A stretch of 64,000 nt of DNA, from the NCBI GenBank assembly GCA_963795855.1, contig CAWCIZ010000003.1, positions 256,001 to 320,000 of the forward strand, given 5' to 3'. The notes beneath the pieces are model-generated. The model was not told the origin of the DNA. It ran no database searches and was given only the letters and a program-made list of their open reading frames with translations. Source of the stretch: Vulcanimicrobiota bacterium. GTDB taxonomy: Bacteria; Vulcanimicrobiota; Vulcanimicrobiia; Vulcanimicrobiales; Vulcanimicrobiaceae. The position numbers and the translations under genes were made by a program. This document shows, piece by piece, positions 58,786 through 64,000 of the stretch (the first letter of the stretch is position 1; each line of letters begins with the position of its first letter).

Positions 58786-60150
58786 CTAGCTGGATTTCGC
58801 GCGGGTCCGAGGATACGCGCTCGTTTCGAAAAGCCCGTTGGGCTCGAGGAGCGGAGTAATGCCGCTTGCCCGCTGTACCTGAGCGCCCAGCGCGGACAGC
58901 ATCTCTTCCAGGCGTTCGTAGCCGCGGTCGATGTATTCCAGACCGATGATCTCGGTTTCGCCGGCCGCAGCTAAGCCTGCCACGACGAGCGCGGCACCCG
59001 CGCGAATGTCCGGCGCTTCAACGGGCGCTCCGGAAAGGCGATCGACGCCCTTGACGACGGCGGTGTTGCTTTCCATCGAAACGCGAACGTCCGCGCCCAT
59101 GCGAGCAAGTTCGTTCACGTACGAGAAACGCGCGTTGAAGATCGATTCTTCGACCACACTGTTGCCGGGAGCCGTGCATAGGAACGACACCATTTGCGGC
59201 TGCAGATCGGTGGGGAAGCCCGGATACGGCGCGGTGAGAATATCGGTTCCTCCCGTCAGCGCGTCGGCTTGGACGCGAATCCAGTCGTCACCTGACGTGA
59301 CGCCCGCTCCGCACTCTTGCAGCTTCAGACTCAACGCTTGCAGATGTTCGGGCAGGCAAGCCGTGACGGTGACATCGCCGCGCGTCGCCGCACCGCACAG
59401 CAGCAGGGTTCCGGTGACGATGCGGTCCGGAATGATCGTGTATTCTACGCCGTGCAGATCGCGAACGCCGTCGATGACGATCGTGTCCGAGCCGGCGCCG
59501 CGAATTCGCGCACCCATCGCGCACATAAAGTCGGCAAGGTCGGCCACTTCGGGTTCCATCGCCGCGTTGCGCAGCGTAGTGGTTCCGTCGGCCAGGACCG
59601 AGGCGAGCATCGCGTTCTTCGTTGCGCCTACGCTGGGCGTGCGAAATTCGACGTCCGCGCCTTGCAAGCGTTTTCGTTTCGACGTTGCGATCAGGAAGCC
59701 GCCCTCGTTTTTCACCTCGCATCCGAGCGCGCGAAATGCGTGTTCGTGCATGTCCGTCGCACGCGTGCCTAAGACGCATCCGCCCGGAAGCGGCACTTCC
59801 GCGCGTCCGAAGCGTCCGAGAAGCGGACCAACCAAATCGAAACTCGCCGCGAGTTTGCGCACGAGCGTGTACGGCGCTCGGTGTGATGCGACGTTGCTCG
59901 CATCGATCGTGACGGTACCGTTGCCTTCGTACCGCAGCCGCGCGCCGAGTGCTTCGAGCAGCGACCACATCACCGACACATCGGTGATGTGCGGAACGCG
60001 GTGGAGCGTCACTTTGCCTTTTGCAAGCAGCGCCGCGGCCATGATGGGCAGCGCCGCGTTCTTCGCTCCGTGCGTGCGCACAGAACCTTCGAGGGCCGCG
60101 CCGCCGCGCACGCGCAGCGTTGTTTCAAGGCGATCGAGTGTGTTGTTCAA
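58786..60150 (-). CDS. murA: UDP-N-acetylglucosamine 1-carboxyvinyltransferase
   Basis: GAKNAALP, PGGC.LG.R, SVGAT, PGFPTDLQ, DRGYE. Confidence 0.97.
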   Translation of the reverse strand: MNNTLDRLETTLRVRGGAALEGSVRTHGAKNAALPIMAAALLAKGKVTLHRVPHITDVSVMWSLLEALGARLRYEGNGTVTIDASNVASHRAPYTLVRKLAASFDLVGPLLGRFGRAEVPLPGGCVLGTRATDMHEHAFRALGCEVKNEGGFLIATSKRKRLQGADVEFRTPSVGATKNAMLASVLADGTTTLRNAAMEPEVADLADFMCAMGARIRGAGSDTIVIDGVRDLHGVEYTIIPDRIVTGTLLLCGAATRGDVTVTACLPEHLQALSLKLQECGAGVTSGDDWIRVQADALTGGTDILTAPYPGFPTDLQPQMVSFLCTAPGNSVVEESIFNARFSYVNELARMGADVRVSMESNTAVVKGVDRLSGAPVEAPDIRAGAALVVAGLAAAGETEIIGLEYIDRGYERLEEMLSALGAQVQRASGITPLLEPNGLFETSAYPRTRAKSS

Positions 60151-60638
60151 ACGAGTTTACTATCCTCGAGCGGTTCGCACGTGAGTACGCGCGCGTCGTA
60201 AGGGCCTCCGCGCAATTCGAGCTGCATGCCGCCTGCGGGCGTCGTCCGGACGAACACCTCGCTCCATTGGTTTCCCTCGAGCTCCAGCAGATCCGCATGA
60301 TTGCCCTGGAGCATCCCGGCGAAGCGGCGGTGTTTCGCGTCCGCGAGGCGCACTCGTCCGTCGGAGTAAAACCCCGCGACCAAGTCGACGGCGTCGTCCG
60401 CGGCGCGATAGTAGCGCGCTCCCGAATCGGCGGACTCGATGATGAAGACGCTGCGGCGTGGCTGCGCTTGTTCCCGCGGAGTTGTTTGGGGCGCCGGTTC
60501 AGGCCTAGGCGGAGGGGCGGCTCGATCTCCAGGAACCGCGCAGCCGCGGCGATCCATGACGACATAGCCGGCGAACGCCAGAGCCGCAAGCTCCAGCGCG
60601 ATACCTGCTAAACGGGTCCAACCGGGCGCACGTCGCAC
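60147..60638 (-). CDS. membrane-anchored hypothetical protein
   Basis: N-terminal TM; stop overlaps the murA start. Confidence 0.65.
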   Translation of the reverse strand: MRRAPGWTRLAGIALELAALAFAGYVVMDRRGCAVPGDRAAPPPRPEPAPQTTPREQAQPRRSVFIIESADSGARYYRAADDAVDLVAGFYSDGRVRLADAKHRRFAGMLQGNHADLLELEGNQWSEVFVRTTPAGGMQLELRGGPYDARVLTCEPLEDSKLV

Positions 60639-60660
60639 CGTTCCGAGGTTCGACGGCGCG

Positions 60661-61075
60661 CTAGTGGTGTCCGGTCAGGCGAAGTTTAGCGTTCGCAAAG
60701 TCGATGGCTGCTTGCTCGCGCGCGAACACGTGCGGCTCGCCCGCCGCCTTCTGCCGTTCCGTCGCGTCCGCAAGTTGGGCGCGCGCTGCCGCCACGTCGA
60801 TTTCTTCGAACCTGAGCGCATCGTCCACCAGCACGGTCACGCGATCGGGAAGCGCCTGCATAAAGCCTTCGCTGGTTGCGAGACTCGAGGCGGCGCGGGA
60901 CGCCGTTTTCGACGATGTTCGCGCGCAGCACGCCCGGCTTGAGCGCACTCAAGAACGGCGCATGGTGCGCGAGAATGCCCTCTTCACCTTCGGTCGTCAC
61001 GGCGATCACCAGCTCGGCGTCGCCGTCGAAGATCACTTTCGTCGGCGTAATGAGTTTAAATGGGACGGTACTCAT
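60661..61075 (-). CDS. atpC: ATP synthase epsilon subunit; frameshift ~60880
   Basis: LITP, GE.GILA.HAP; second frame EGFMQ...VTVL..DA...EID. Confidence 0.93.
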
Positions 61076-61117
61076 GTTAAAGGGCGCTCCGGCCCACGCT
61101 GCGCGCCCCCGCGCCTT

Positions 61118-63592
<2,475 letters not shown>

Positions 63593-63593
<1 letters not shown>

Positions 63594-64000
63594 TAGAAGC
63601 TCTTGTTGAACTCCGTCAGCGCAGACTTCCAGGTTCTTCTTGGTATCATCGGTGAGCTGAGCGCTTTGCGCGATCGCCTGCGGAACGTCCGGATGCTTTT
63701 CGTGCAGATACGCGATGAAGCCGCGCGCCCAGTTCTGCAGCCGTGAGGTTTCCACGTCGTTTACGAAGCCCTTCGTCGCGCCGTAGATGATCGCGACCTG
63801 ATCTTCGTTTGCCATCGGCTGATATTGCGGCTGCTTGAGCAGCTCGGTCAGCTTTTCGCCGCGCATCAACTGCATCTGCGTGGCTTTGTCCAAATCGCTG
63901 GCGAGCTTCGCAAATGCGGCGAGATCGCGGTATTGCGCGAGCTCCAGTTTGAGCTGACCCGCGACGCTCTTCATCGCTTTCGTCTGCGCCGAACCGCCGA
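63593..64000 (-). CDS. atpA: ATP synthase alpha subunit C-terminus (partial; frameshift ~63625 fuses it to atpG in the ORF track)
   Basis: GSAQTKAMKSVAG.LKLELAQYR, LKQPQY; the corrected frame ends ...FNKSF* overlapping the atpG ATG. Confidence 0.96.

Overview
This is a GC-rich bacterial chromosomal segment from a diderm organism (TonB-dependent receptors, LptA-like proteins) that nonetheless shows Terrabacteria/Firmicute-like gene orders (atpAGDC-x-murA-mreB; DUF948-YtxH-rsbV-rsbW-sigB; rarA-iscS-alaS). Eremiobacterota (WPS-2) is my inference, not verified. Housekeeping content includes pnp, alaS, ATP synthase, murA, mreB, tsaC, rarA, iscS, tRNA-Leu(CAG), NHEJ (ku, split ligD) and futalosine-type menaquinone UbiD/UbiA. 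About ten single-base frameshifts, some in essential genes, point to long-read consensus errors. The four most notable observations are: (1) three dispersed small ORFs (38-53 aa) with their own RBSs that share the C-terminal motif F-x-G-W-G-P-K-[LV], conserved at the protein level; (2) an operon combining a Cyc2-like monoheme cytochrome-porin, two type-1 copper lipoproteins, an SCO chaperone and a response regulator; (3) orphan + strand structured RNA candidates whose hairpin loops carry anti-Shine-Dalgarno-like CUCC motifs; (4) an apparently lower-GC islet at the 3' end of tRNA-Leu encoding a TonB receptor, an ammonia-lyase, a LAL regulator and an MFS transporter.
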